64,000 nt of DNA from Utricularia gibba. Taxonomy: Eukaryota > Plantae > Magnoliophyta. Position 1 is the stretch's first letter, and each line of letters begins with the position of its first letter. Shown here piece by piece: positions 10,901 to 23,898 of this stretch. A model generated the notes under the pieces. The model was not told the DNA's origin. It saw only the letters and a list, made by a program, of their open reading frames with translations, and did not search any database. The stretch is from assembly GCA_002189035.1 (NCBI GenBank), contig CM007989.1, forward strand, positions 3,224,001 through 3,288,000, written 5' to 3'. The position numbers and the translations under genes were made by a program.

Positions 10901-13583
10901 TAATTAAATTAATAATTATTTGCATTGTATAACAAAATTATTTTTGTAATATTTTTTCAAAAATAGAAATTGTTTTCCATCATTCTACATGTTACATTTT
11001 TAACAAAGTTGAATGTGTCCAAAGAGCATGCAATAAGCATCTTACGCAGTGGCGCATTTGTGGAATGGCATGTGGGCTGTGCGGGTGTTGGTGAAAAGGG
11101 ATGCCATCCCATCATGGATCCTGCATGTGAACTCCCCCATCACCCCATGCCCATTTACGATTTTACCCCCAACACCAGCACGCCGTAAAAAGAGTGTTTC
11201 CTTGTCCGGTGTTGATAATGGAGGACTATTTATAATGGACATAGCAGACACTCCGGCAGCGCCGCGAGTCGGCGGCCCACGGCCACAAAGTACAAGATCG
11301 GTGAGCAATGTAACAGCTGGCCCAGCCCACCATCATTTCTTCACAAGCATTATGCAGCTATGTTGCACGATTCCTTGGATGAATCTACTTATCTTATCTT
11401 TGGATGAATCTACTCTGGAGATAAATATGGGGTGAATTTGAAAAGTAACTATCTTATTATTATTGTGTACGAAAAATAACCATACTAAATATAAAATTTT
11501 GATATCTGTATAAAAGAGAATGTGAAGATGATTACCTTTTAAAATTGATTGATAGATATGCTAGAATAAAAGATTGATAAGTTTTACAATGTCACATTAT
11601 ATATAGAATAACAAGAGAATGGTAATGAGAGTGGAATCACCTATAAATACTTTGATTTAAAGTTAAATGTTGAATTTAATGTTTAGGTGAGTACAATTCA
11701 TGCATATTTTGTCACATTGAAATATTATATTGTATTGGTTCATGTTTGTTGACATTACCTTTTCGATATTCATGAATATTTTTAATTTAATTATTATATT
11801 TAATAAATTAATTTTATTATAAAATATGTATATATTTTAAAATATTACAATCTAAAAAATCAAATTATTGCAATGAAGTATTCTCCCATCCATTTTAGTG
11901 CAACCTAGTTATGGAGGAAGGAATAGCAGAACAGGACACCAAATGAAGCCCACAGCTCATCTAAAACTTGCAATTATTTTGCTCCTTCTTGATCCCTGTA
12001 ATTACTTGCTTTGTCTTGAACGCAGTGCTGTAATCACAGAATGGCGTTGGTTCCCGAATACGCTGATAACTAACTGCCTGGCTCCCGGATTCAGAAACAA
12101 AAGTGATGCAAAAGCAAAGCACTGAGCCCACCCGCAGTTTCCCTTTCTCCCCAAGACAAACTAACTACTCCACCGCAAGCCCCCCACGTAGCCGTCTTCT
12201 GTCTTAGCAGCCAAGAACACCTTCATGCCCTATCCTGAAAGCCAGACAGGTGTGGCGTAACATGATGCACCAGACGAGTGTTCCAAGCGTAGCGGGAGAG
12301 AGTAGTGAGGTAAAAAAGAAAAGAAAAAACAAGGGTGGAGGCGCACTTAGCCGTCAAGTTTCGAGAACGTAAAAACTTTGACAGGCACTGGAGTGAACTG
12401 CATTAAAGAATTCTTGCATTGAAGGCTAAGTTTTGGATGGGGTGCCATGGTTTCAATTGGAAGTTTCTTTGCAGAACACCCTACTTCCCCAAAAAAAACG
12501 TTCTGTGTCAAGGGGACACCGTAACCATCAAATAGAGTTACATTCAAGACACCAGGATGCATCACACTGCAAGCCTCCGTATTGCGTATCGCCAGGTGAA
12601 CGGCTGCCCGCTTGACACGTGGTGGCTTTCACCCCAGACCTCCCTAATCACAGACACAGCGGTTAACCATTTGATTAGCTGTCCCTAATCATTCTCCACG
12701 AAAAACCACCCAAAAAACACACCCTAATCATGGTTAAGTAGGGATTAAATAAAGTAAGATTTGTTCTTCATTACCACCAATGACCATCTACACAAAATCT
12801 CCATCTTTGTTTGTTCATGTAATGTATTAGAACAAACAATTTCATATTGAATTCTTAATTTCAATATACTATCATAACGTTTGTCTAATGTTATGTTTGG
12901 GTGGTTAAGATGAATTTCATATTAGTCTAAGTTTCAGTTAAAAACAAATAAAAAAAAGAATTGTATCAAGCTTAGACGATAAAAATTAAATCAATTTAGT
13001 ATCTTAACACTAATTATAATCACAAAAAAATAAATTTTAACCAGATAAAAAATCAGTTTGACTCAAGGTCGAGTATTAAAACAAACAATCTCACATCAAA
13101 ATTAGAAATTAAAATACTCAAATATATATAAAAATATAGATTATTAGTAATCGATTGAATCTAATTTTTTTTAATATGATTCATGTTTTTGTATATTTAA
13201 ACTTCACGTATATTCGTCACACCATAGATTCTGAATTTCAAAAAGATTGAAATAAAAGTAATTATTAGGGTTTACTATTTGGAGGCCATTGAGTTGAAGC
13301 TATCCATGGATTTTTGGGGCACTAGGTTTAGAAAGTGTTCAAGCATCTGTGAAGCCATTTTGCGTGCCCTCCCCAACTTCATTCTCCATTGTCTCAGAGA
13401 GGAAGAGTGCCCATTCCTTGCTGCATGTCTGATATTTTATTTATTTATTTAGATATAGTAAAATAATGATAAAAAGGAGGGTTGAGTACAAAATCGGATT
13501 CGAGGTGGACCTGCCAGAGACTGAGAGAGGAGAAGATGGATGGTGGTTGGGTTCATCTTCTGCTGCTTAGGGTCTTTTGAAAT

Positions 13584-13602
13584 TTTCTTCACTCACAAGG
13601 TA
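13584..13602 (+). promoter_or_regulatory. SNBE (secondary wall NAC binding element) in the MYB46 promoter
   Basis: TTTCTTCACTCACAAGGTA fits the SNBE consensus WNNYBT-N7-AMGNHW with a palindromic CTT-N7-AAG core, about 200 bp upstream of the MYB46 ATG. Confidence 0.6.
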
Positions 13603-13798
13603 ATCATCATGTGTTCTTCGCAAAAATAAATGAATGAGCAAATTGCGATTGCACTTCTACCACTTGCTTCACCTTCACACAATCCTCTCCTTTTCTCTCT
13701 GTCGTTAGTTCGTCGGCTATATATATATATGTGGGTGCATCTCCATCGCCATCCTTTCTACATCAGAGCAACAAGACAATCTCTTGAAAAGCAAGACA

Positions 13799-14922
13799 AT
13801 GAGGAGGCCTGACCAGGGGTCGAGGACGGGGGAGGATGGGGTGTCGGTGAAGATGAGGAAGGGGTTGTGGTCGCCGGAGGAAGATGAGAAGCTGATGAGC
13901 TACATGCTGAGTAGTGGACAAGGGTGCTGGAGTGATATCGCGAGAAACGCGGGGTTGATGAGATGCGGGAAGAGTTGCCGGCTCCGGTGGATCAACTATC
14001 TCCGCCCGGATCTCAAACGGGGCGCGTTTTCGCAGCAGGAGGAGGAGATCATCATCCATTTGCACTCCATACTTGGGAATAGGTTGGTTTCCTATCGCTT
14101 CTCAAGCAATTTGGATGTGGGTAGGAGTAAAAATGTGAAATGGCTGCAATGACTTCAATGGAGTTTAGGGTTATGGCGAGTGTGGCATTCCGATGACTGC
14201 CATAGTTGTATTGCTGATGGTTGGATGGCAACATACTCAGGTGGTCGCAGATCGCGGCACGGCTGCCGGGGCGAACCGACAATGAGATAAAGAATTTCTG
14301 GAACTCGACGATAAAGAAGAGAATCAAGAACAACAACAGGAGCAACGTAGATGGCGCTGCTATGGCTTCAGCATCTCCACAAGGGAGTGGGGATTCAGCA
14401 CCGATGACGACTACTACATCATCAGGTCCGATCTTCATGCAGGAATACGACGTCGTTTACACAGACTCGTCATCGTCCCTGAACTCCGCAGTGCAGACAC
14501 AAACCATGCCCCCCTTGCCTTCTCATTTCTCCGGCTACTCCATTCCACATCTTGATCCGCACCATGCCCTAAACGCCGCCGTTTCGTCCGGCCCACTTCC
14601 CAGCTTCACCTTCAATGCGGAGCTGGGAGAGTTTGTGGAGGATCACTGCAACTACAACTACAACTACAATTACAACTACAGTATGGAACCATGTATTACA
14701 GGGTTGGAAAATGAGGTTTCTGACCCTGGAATGGACAATTTTCTGGGGAGGAGGACTACGGGAAACGTGGTCAACACCAATCATTTTCTTGAAGAAGAAC
14801 AAGACATGATGATTGGTGTGGGAAATCAATGGCAAGAACAAAGCTTCAAGAGATGGGAATCGGATTGGGAAGGCTCTTTGGCTAATGTGTCCTCTTTACC
14901 TTACCTTGACTTTTCTCACTGA
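13799..14922 (+). CDS. MYB46: R2R3-MYB transcription factor, MYB46/MYB83 secondary-wall master switch clade; 2 exons (13799-14082, 14241-14922)
   Basis: [60 protein letters not shown]...ILGNR|[27 protein letters not shown], with a C-terminal SLPYLDF motif and a single intron. Frame is intact. Confidence 0.93.
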
Positions 14923-15858
14923 AATGACCATTCTCTCCCCCACCTCCCATATCCCATTTCCCATTGCATCATTTCTAGTGAATCCCTTTTCAGAATCTCT
15001 TCCAAAAATAAAGAAAACCCTTGATCGTTGGGTGAACATACTGTACCATAGTGCATTGCTCAAGCATGGGAGATCGAAGGTTGTGATACCCGTGGAGGAG
15101 GATATGCAAAGAAAACTGTTGTAGTCTTCTTCTGACTGTCATCCCTTTCTTGAAATGATGGCATCTGCAATACATACACGTTCTAAAATATTAATTGCAT
15201 TTGAAGTAGAAACATGAACCAATTTTGGCTGAATGCTTTGATCCCACTCTGAAGTAACCTGCTGGATGGAATATTCAGCTTCTGGGAGATTGCTGCTTAG
15301 CCACACACCTTGTGCAAATTTCCAAGATGCTCCACCATCCCCTCCCTCCCTCCTAGTCATGGACATGTGTCTGACAACAGCCTCCTCGTTTTTGTGTGTA
15401 CTTTCAAATTAACATATTTAAAATGACACCCTCTATCATTTTTCTATTGATTCTGGTTTACATCCAACCAAACACAAGTAATTTAAGATCATTTGTTTTG
15501 TCGGTTTAACTTCGCTATAGATCTGGTTTGATTGTGTAAGCAAGTATTGTTGGATCGATAGAAGATATTTACAGAAAACTGATGTGTATGTATATCAGTC
15601 AGCAAGCAGCTAATGCTTTGAGCTCACACAGTCCTGCATGTATAAGTTCAAAAACATGTCTGTGAGCTCCAACGAATTGTCAAGTACACGTTCAAAGCAA
15701 AAGGGTAACAAGCTACCAGGTCAATTCCTCTGCTTGTAGTGTTTTTTGATTATGCACATAACCCCATTTGACAAAAAAATGTAAAATACTCTAAGTTAGA
15801 GGCAATTTATAGTATAGGAATGAGGTACCAGGAGCCAAAAAAGATTGAGGGGTAGCTG

Positions 15859-18800
15859 CTAAACATCAGATAGCCCAAGGTTCTGGACGAAATCTGATTC
15901 CTTTTCTTGATGAACAACCTTCTCGAAGATGTGTCGCACTCCATCTCGGTCTAGATCACGCATTGCATCTAAAACTTGGTCTTCCCAGGTGACTTGTGGC
16001 TTTTCACTGTGGACATGATGTCCATCAAGGGGAGAGAATATGAGCTCAGAAATGCGCTCCTTGTGAATCTGGCGCTCAAACTGCCTCACTTCTGTCCCTG
16101 AAGTGAACAAACGGTAAACGTATACTATTTTCTTCTGACCAAGTCGATAGGCACGGCTTATGGCTTGTTTTTCAACTGAAGGGTTCCATACTGTGTCGAG
16201 CAAGACAACTCTTGACGCTCCCACCAAACTTATCCCTTCACAGCAAGCCTTTTGTGATGCTAGAAGCACCCTTGCTTCACTATCATCATCATTGAAAGAA
16301 GAAATGGCCTGCTGTCGCAACCTCTGATCGAACTTGCCATCCATGTAAAGAATTTCCTTCCCTTCTTTCCATGAGAAGCAAGCTTCAAGGTGCTTTCTTA
16401 TGAAGACTAGAGGATCGAGATACCGACTGAACACTAAGACCCTCTCACCAAGTGCATCAGCTAACTTTATCAGCTCCCGTACAAATGTCAACTTCACCCC
16501 GGCATTTTTATCTGATTCAAGCTCCTGAAGCTCACTCTTGTAGGATGAAAATAGCTTATTGTTCACCATCAATGAGGGATGGACGGAGATCAATGACACA
16601 AGGCGAGTGCATTCGAACATACCTTTGATATTCCCTGCAGTTTCCAGCATTGTCTTTTGCAGGCCGATGGGAACTAGAAACACTATAGCACATCTCAATC
16701 CAGGTAAGCTCTCTTCAAGTATCTTACCTTTGTGAACATGGACAAAGGAGTGGAGCATCTCTTTCAGCCTCTTCAATCCATCTGAACATTTTCCAATAGA
16801 ACTTGTCAAATCTGACCAGTTTTTCTTGGCCTCACTGGTCTTTCTTCCTCTTTTCACCGTTCTAATCTGGCCTTCAATCTCGATCTCAAACATGGGATTC
16901 ACCAGGCGTAGTGTGTTGTACAACTCATTCAAGTTGTTCTGAAACGGTGTTCCTGATAGTATTATCCGACGATGCGTCTTGACTTTCGTTAGAGCATTAT
17001 ACATTTGGCTCTGATCATTGCGTGGAGTATGCCCCTCATCAAGAACCAAGAGTCCAGGGTACTCAAGAAGCACAGTCCTGATATGTCCACTCAGCTGCTC
17101 TTGGCTATCTTCAACAAGCCTTTCAAAAAGCTGATAGCCTATTCCCAGGACACTTGGGCTGTTTATCCAAGAGAACAACTTCAGGAGACGAATACAGTCT
17201 TTGTCCAATTTACAGCTTCCCACTTGCCGAGCAAGATTCATAGCCACAACATTTTCACTACCTGAAAGTTCTCCATTGTTCATGTTGTGGAAAGGGATGT
17301 CAACGTTCCATTTTTTGAACTCAGATTCCCATGTCAGCAGCATCCCAAGAGGAGCTATAATCACTGGGCGACTGTCTGGATACTGCTTCAAAAATGAATG
17401 AATGAAAACTATACTGAGCCTGGTTTTCCCTGTTCCTGGAGCATGTGAAATTATACAACCGCGACCAGCACTCGACAATGGCTGTTTCAGATTCTCTAGC
17501 ATTGTACCCCCAGCTAAATTTTTCCACATGAACTCAAAGCCTTCACGCTGGTGAGGATACATATCCTCTTGAAAGCCACAAATCAAATCCCATACCGTGC
17601 CTGTGGAAAAAGTGGTAGAATTAGGAGCTTCATTACCTGAGCCCGGAAGTTGATGTCATCGAGCAGGGAATTTGGAGATCCATCGGTATGAAGCTTTCTG
17701 GTTTGTGCATCCGAGGGTGGCTTATACTGCACAAGAGCACAAATGTGATCTGTAATAGCCCGAAACAGCATTGAAACTGAACAACAGAAAATACAAGGCC
17801 AATGTACTTACAAATGGTGCTATGACATGCTTCACATCCAAAACAATCACTGAGCAAAACTTACACAAAAGTCCAATTTGTTCATCAAAAAAGAGTTGGT
17901 GTTCCCCTCTGCTGCAACAAGCTGCAGGATATGCATCAATCTCAGAGGGTTCTTGGCCATCAATTTCAGACTGAAAAAGTAAAGGAAAAAAGAGAGAAGA
18001 CAGCTTAGAGCATCTCATATATGCACTGGAGATGAAGTGATTATTTTGGCTATTGATCAACTTTTCTTCTCAACGATAAAAAACAGAGAGAGATCTACCT
18101 CAGAGAAGGACGTTTCAGCAGTATCAGAAGCGTCAAGCCGCATACAAAATTCCATCTCACGAAAGAGTGAATCGATTTGCTTATCCCACTCAGATTTCTC
18201 CTGAGGTTTTTCCACCTCATCCTCGAACCTAAACTTCCATTTTTTTTCCTGATCCAGAGAAACATCCCTAGCCTGCTGCGGGCGTTCCTTGATAGAGTAT
18301 ATGGATTCTAAGAGAATTTTCGCCATATCAAGATTTTTAGCATCATTCCCAAATTTCACAGCATTCTTGAACCAGTGGTTGCTCTTATTCTCTGGCTCCT
18401 TGGCAGTCACGCCACCCTGCTCCTCTGAAAATTCTACTTGGCCTTGAGTTCTTTTGTGGCCTAAGTCAGGGATTCGAACGGCTGCATTGTCATCCTTTTC
18501 ATAATCAAGCTTCCCACTTCGTTTTTTATCATTCAAAATGCAATAGGAGTTTCCCATCTCTTCAACCAAGACAGGTGTGTTTTCTTGTTCGTTCCTCTGA
18601 TCATGATCATCACTATTCTGCTCTTTGTTCGCATCTTCAATACTACCACGCCAATGCTTTCTCTGGGCATTATTTGTTCCTTTCCCTTTAGAATGATGCG
18701 AAAATTTCAGTCTTCTGGTGTCTAGATGACCACATTCATCATCACGTTTCTTCGAACTTTCACCAGCTTCCTCACCTGTGTAGAATTTTTTCTTCCATGT

Positions 18801-19550
18801 TCTGCCTTTCTCATTCCTATTCGAAGATGATTTTCCAATATTTTCCTCAACAGCATCCTCTCCATTCAGCGTGGTATGCCGATCCTTTCCCTTGGCATCA
18901 AGAGTACTTTTCTCTTTAGAATCATGTGATGAGTTCATGGCTAGATCATCTTCAAACTCATTAGCATCAGCTTCAAACTCCAAGGCATCATCATCATCAT
19001 CTTCTTCATCTTCGAGAGAAGAATCACTATCTGAAATCTCGGAATCTCTGGAAATTGGTCCCTGAGCTTCAAAGTCTTCATCAGATATATGATCCTCCTC
19101 CTCACTTGAGTTAACTTCCACCACTTCACACGATTTATCGATTCCTTCAGATTCAATTTTAGACAAAGAACCTGACGCTGAACCAGAAACTACTCTAAGA
19201 TTGGAACCATTTGAGAATACTTCTTCAAACTCCACATCATCATCGCTCAGATCAATAACATCAGGTTTTCTTCTGTCACCAACTTTGAGATCACTTTTCT
19301 TCGATCTCTTAAAAACTTTAGGCCTCGAATTCCAAGACTCCTCAATATTCTGAAATCCCCCTCTCTTCTTAGCAGTTGAACCTTTTGGGCACTTAACAAA
19401 ATGCTCCCTTGATGAACTAGACCCCGAATCAGAGATCCGTATGTACCCAGTTTTCCTCTCATTACCACCAGATAGTCCCCAAGGTTCAGTCTTCATAGCA
19501 TAAAGATAGGCATCCCACTGATTGCGGGTTCTGGGCCGGCGAGTAGTCAT
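15859..19550 (-). CDS. CLSY3: SNF2-family chromatin remodeller, CLASSY3/4-like (RdDM); 3 exons (19550-18099, 17970-17812, 17726-15859); apparent frameshift at 17645
   Basis: Acidic disordered N-terminus, KWKFRFEDE, a Cys/His exon (CCSRGEHQLFFDEQIGLLCKFC), then MYPHQREGFEFMWKNLAG, HAPGTGKT (Walker A), LVLDEGHTPRN, ILSGTPFQNN and VLLDTVWNPSVEKQAISRAYRLGQ. Adding one C (TTC CCG GGC) joins DDINF to PGSGNE...GTVWDLI. Confidence 0.9.
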
Positions 19551-20838
19551 CTCAACTACAAAATCTCTCAGTTAATCAGAACACATAGCAGGAAAAACTC
19601 TAGTAATCAAGCCTGGCATCAAATGTGCACTCCATCAGTTACTCAAAAGTGATAAGCCTATCCGCGATCTGCGAATCCGCTAAAAAAGCAAAGACTAGTT
19701 CTACTTCTGCGGCTGAAAGCAAAAGGCGGAGGAGGTAAAATTTGGAGGACCTCAAAAGGGAAGTGAAGGGGGCCTTCGAAGCAGCTCTGAGGAATCTGTT
19801 CAGAGAGTTAGGGGAAGCAATCGGGGAGAAAAGACGGGGTTCTGCCGTGGAGCAACAATGCAGAGACGATAATGGGGCAATCGCCGGCGCAATCTGGTCA
19901 GGATTCAGGGAGTTTGAGTTTCAACGGGGCTATGTTGGAGGAGGATAAGTTTCATTGGGTGGCCATCACAGTCAAAGACAGGAACTCTGCATGTCTTGCT
20001 TCCGAGTCCAATCAGAATTCTCCATCAGCAAATCCCAAGATGGGGGAGACCGAGTCCGAGCCCGCGTCCGTTCCACTCCTCTTAATACATTAAACTGAAA
20101 GCCATCCCATTGATTCCAAGCACACCCCTCCAAATGTGCAGCCTTAAATTGGGTAAAGAAGATGAGAAGATTCTTCTCTCCCCACCAACTAAAGTCACGC
20201 CATTGACATGTACTCACAGTCAGAGAGAATAATTGTCCCCGCCTTATTTGCTTCTCATGTTCTTTTCGTACAAAACATCAACAAAAAAAAAAGTGAATAT
20301 TAAACATGAACAATCATTTTTCGATTCAAAGATCGTATCTTTTTCACCGTTCGTGTGCGTTTTGAGTAGTTTACGTTATGGGAGGATTGCATTAAACTGG
20401 AAGCCAGATGGGTGTTTCTCCATCTTCCTTGTAGTTATATAAGAAATTATAAAATAAATAACAACAAAAAATTGAGATCATAATATATGATCATAATGCA
20501 GGTGGTATATAGTGGGGTAATGTTTAAAGCTGTTTTATTTTTACATTACACTATGTTTATTTTCAATATATCAAAAACTTATACCAAACATTTTTTTTCG
20601 ATAAAATTATTTGTTATTACAGTGTTGATCATGCTCATCCAGTTTATTGAATTATGTGCGCAGTCCAGACACCAGATTGGATTGTTTGACTTTCAACTTG
20701 CTCAAAATTACAATCTTACATTATTACTTGGTAGTATTAATCCCTGAAAACAACAGCACGTGCGGAAACGACAGATTCAGACAGTATGGAGAGCATCTGA
20801 TGTGTATGAATTTAGAGCGCATTTGGAGGATAAGAAGT

Positions 20839-21323
20839 TCAAGGGAGAGAGGTTTGTTTGGAAGGGCCCTGCTTCGGCTCCCTCTTCTCTTCTTCTTCTT
20901 CTTCTTCTGCGACTTGCTCATCCATGAAAGCTGAGGCTGGAAAGGTCCTCCCGATCCCCACACTGCTCTTGAAGTAGATCTTCTCCTGCTCAATGCTCAT
21001 CTCCACGATGGGCACCCAGACAAGCAGCTGCTTGCTCTTCACCCCCTTCATCTTCTTCATCTTCCCCTTCTCCACGAACGCGGTCACCTCCTTGTCGTAC
21101 CTCACCAGAGTGCCTGTGGAAGGGAACAGATGCTCCAATGCCGACTCCTGCTTCATCCAAACGAACCCCGTCTCACGCACCAATCCGCACTCTTGGAGGT
21201 CCTTCAGGGGGACGCCTCCCGGAAAACCCAGTTCCGAGAGGAGCTTCAGGGAGTGAAGAGAGCAGTCGGCTGCCCACGCACGACCTCCGCTTCCAGGGGC
21301 TCGGCTATGGCGGTTGTAGCCAT
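20839..21323 (-). CDS. DUF538 family protein, single exon; apparent frameshift at 21273-21275
   Basis: MATTAIAEPLEAEVVRG, then after adding one G: AADCSLHSLKLLSELGFPGGVPLKDLQECGLVRETGFVWMKQ...VRYDKEVTAFVEKGKMKKMKGVKSKQLLVWVPIVEMSI...YFKSSVGIGRTFPASAF, which are DUF538 signature motifs. Confidence 0.85.
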
Positions 21324-22828
21324 TGGTGAAGGAATGAGTGAATGAATGAATGCAGGGAGGTGGCTTTATAGTAATGAGAAGGTCAAGGTCATGGGAGTTG
21401 AGCTAAAGTTGAATTAGTTGATCAAGTTGTTCACCAAAACATAAACTTACATTGTCGTGACACAAGTCAAAGTTTTAAAAGTTATGAATCTCAATTTCGA
21501 AATCAGGCGTGTATGTTTGAATATGGTATCGATGCATATTTCAGATGTTGGGAGAAATTTAAAACTATATGCAGAGATCATTGGGAGGCAGGAGAAAAAT
21601 CCACAGAAAATAGGAGGGGAACTCAGCGTATATGGTAGCGCTGAAAGCATTACATGGATCAGCACATTAACACCTACAAGAATCATCTTTCTCCACAGAT
21701 TCCTTCAAAAGTAACAGGGTTCTAGAAACACCTGATAATCGTGAAGGATTTGCGAAGAATCTTCCCATACGTCATGCTTGCAGTGGCCAAGTACGAGGCC
21801 ATGACGAACCACTCCATGTTCTTATCTAACCAGATTACGGTCCCTGCAACTGCATAGAAAGAAATATGAAATAAGGAGAAAAAACAGTAACCACAAGCAG
21901 GCAAGGAATGGGAGAAGAGGAATGGAATCAGGCACGGAGTAACATAGCAAAGGCGGAAATCTTGTCACAGTGAAATGCATTTTAAGCACCTACTACAGTC
22001 AAAACTTTGCAGTTGATAAGGGATTGGCAATCAAAAGTGCGCATGGAGCCTCACTGAACAATCAAAATATAATTTGATAAGGAACCATAAATCGGCAAGT
22101 AGAATGAAAAAGCAGCGATGTACAAAGAATAGCGTAAAAATGGAAACATTATCATCGTCCAATAGGAGAGAGGAACTTGGAAACAGCCAGCTTCAAACAA
22201 AATACGGATACCCAAGGTACCGAACCTGGAGTGTCACATTGCAAGATCCGAAGAGCAGACTCGGAATAGCTGTGATGTTAGAAGAAGGTAAAAACGTAAA
22301 ACACAACAAAACTACCGCTGGCCATCTAGGTTCTTTCAACAACTTGATGACCCCCTTAAGATGTCTGCTTTGACTTCTTACCTCCGGAATAATTTAGCAC
22401 TAACGCATATACCATTGATCCCCTTTCCATCATACTATCAATAAATAGCCCGGCAGATCCAAAACGTAAGATCTACGGAAATCTTTAGATGGATAAAGCA
22501 TGAGACGAAGCCAAATCTACATCGAGGCGATTCTCACAAAACGTCAGCCTTGTGGCGTTCTCAAGACTGCACATTGCTATTGCCATCTAAGTATTGAGAC
22601 TTTGAGAAAATTATCACGGAAACTCACTTGTATGTTCGTAACACTGAAGCCCTAGTAGCATATCGATAAACAAAACTTCTAAGCAAACAATCTCATCATC
22701 CACAAAAAAACACATGGCATGAATCAATCTCGAAAACCATGCAAAAACTTCACTGCACACATCGAAGTTGAATTCCAACATCAATTGTAAGAGGAATGAA
22801 GGGAAAAAAGCAGGCACCTGAATCATCC

Positions 22829-23530
22829 CTATCCGTCGAGATTGCCCTGCCCACTGCTTGCCCCGCCGCCACTTCCATACGAGCCATCCTCCGTTGGGTT
22901 CTGCCATACCGATTGCCACGCTTGCGAAGGCGCTGGATGTCCAGCCTGCACGTACATACTAGGATCCATCCCAGGTACAGCAGGTCGACCCATCATAGGC
23001 TGACCTATTGGGGGATAATAGTATGGAACACCTGTAACCCCAGCCGGACCACCGGGAGGAGCAACAATGCCGCCCAAAGCCGCCGCATCGTCCTTAATCG
23101 CATCCCGAGGAACGATGTCTACAAGGAAATCGAATATATCTGTGCGTGTAATCGCAGCGGCGATATCGTCTTTCTGGAGTGTCCGCCTCTTATTCTCCTC
23201 GGCGTGGAGCCAGGACCGAATCGTGAGCTCGAGAATGAACAATTCGCACGCTTTCGCGAAAAGAATCGGTGCCTCCGCCGATATCATCCGCACATCTTCA
23301 TCTGCTTTCATGATCTTCTTAATCCTAGCCAATGGCAGTTGATGATTCTTGAAATCGTTCACCTGCTCGATTTCTTGACGCTGGTATGCCCAAAACATCT
23401 GAAGTTGTTGCTGCTGCTGATTGAGGAGGTGCTGATACGGCGGCTGCGGATACGCCGCCCCCTGAGGTGGGTACGGCGCACCAGCAGCGGCAGCGGCGGC
23501 GGCGGCGCTTTGCTGCTGATTGTTTTCCAT
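22829..23530 (-). CDS. NF-YC1: Nuclear transcription factor Y subunit C (NF-YC1/C4-like), intronless CDS
   Basis: Intact 233-aa ORF with histone-fold motif [57 protein letters not shown]...[10 protein letters not shown]. Confidence 0.95.
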   Translation of the reverse strand: MENNQQQSAAAAAAAAGAPYPPQGAAYPQPPYQHLLNQQQQQLQMFWAYQRQEIEQVNDFKNHQLPLARIKKIMKADEDVRMISAEAPILFAKACELFILELTIRSWLHAEENKRRTLQKDDIAAAITRTDIFDFLVDIVPRDAIKDDAAALGGIVAPPGGPAGVTGVPYYYPPIGQPMMGRPAVPGMDPSMYVQAGHPAPSQAWQSVWQNPTEDGSYGSGGGASSGQGNLDG

Positions 23531-23898
23531 TATCGGAGCAGGGGAGAAAACCGGTCGAAATCGTTGTGGGGAGGGAGCAGGGGCAACTGCTAGTGTTTAT
23601 TGAAACAGAAACTGGACAAAACATAAAACCTGGCAATAGCAACACAATGTGCACCTTCTGATGCGTAGTGTACAATCCTAGAATCTACCACCGGATTGGA
23701 GACAGCGTTTCTGATTAGATCTACGCGGGTGCAATTCCGTGTGACGCACCCCAGGCTACCAGGTGATGCAACCAATAATTACCCGCCTGCGTTAATTTCA
23801 CACTAGAAATTGAAGTACGGTCCATTTCATTCCACCCCACTGTATATGTACACTGTTACATCCGTACAACGGGTGCAAGTTTCTCTGAGAATCCATGG

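Noticed and set aside
11040-11100. AFVEWHVG resembling the tubulin AFVHWYVG motif
   Set aside because: No other tubulin similarity on either side; chance match.
17598-17636. 36-nt GT...AG mini-intron in CLSY
   Set aside because: Too short for a plant intron, and removing it does not restore the frame.
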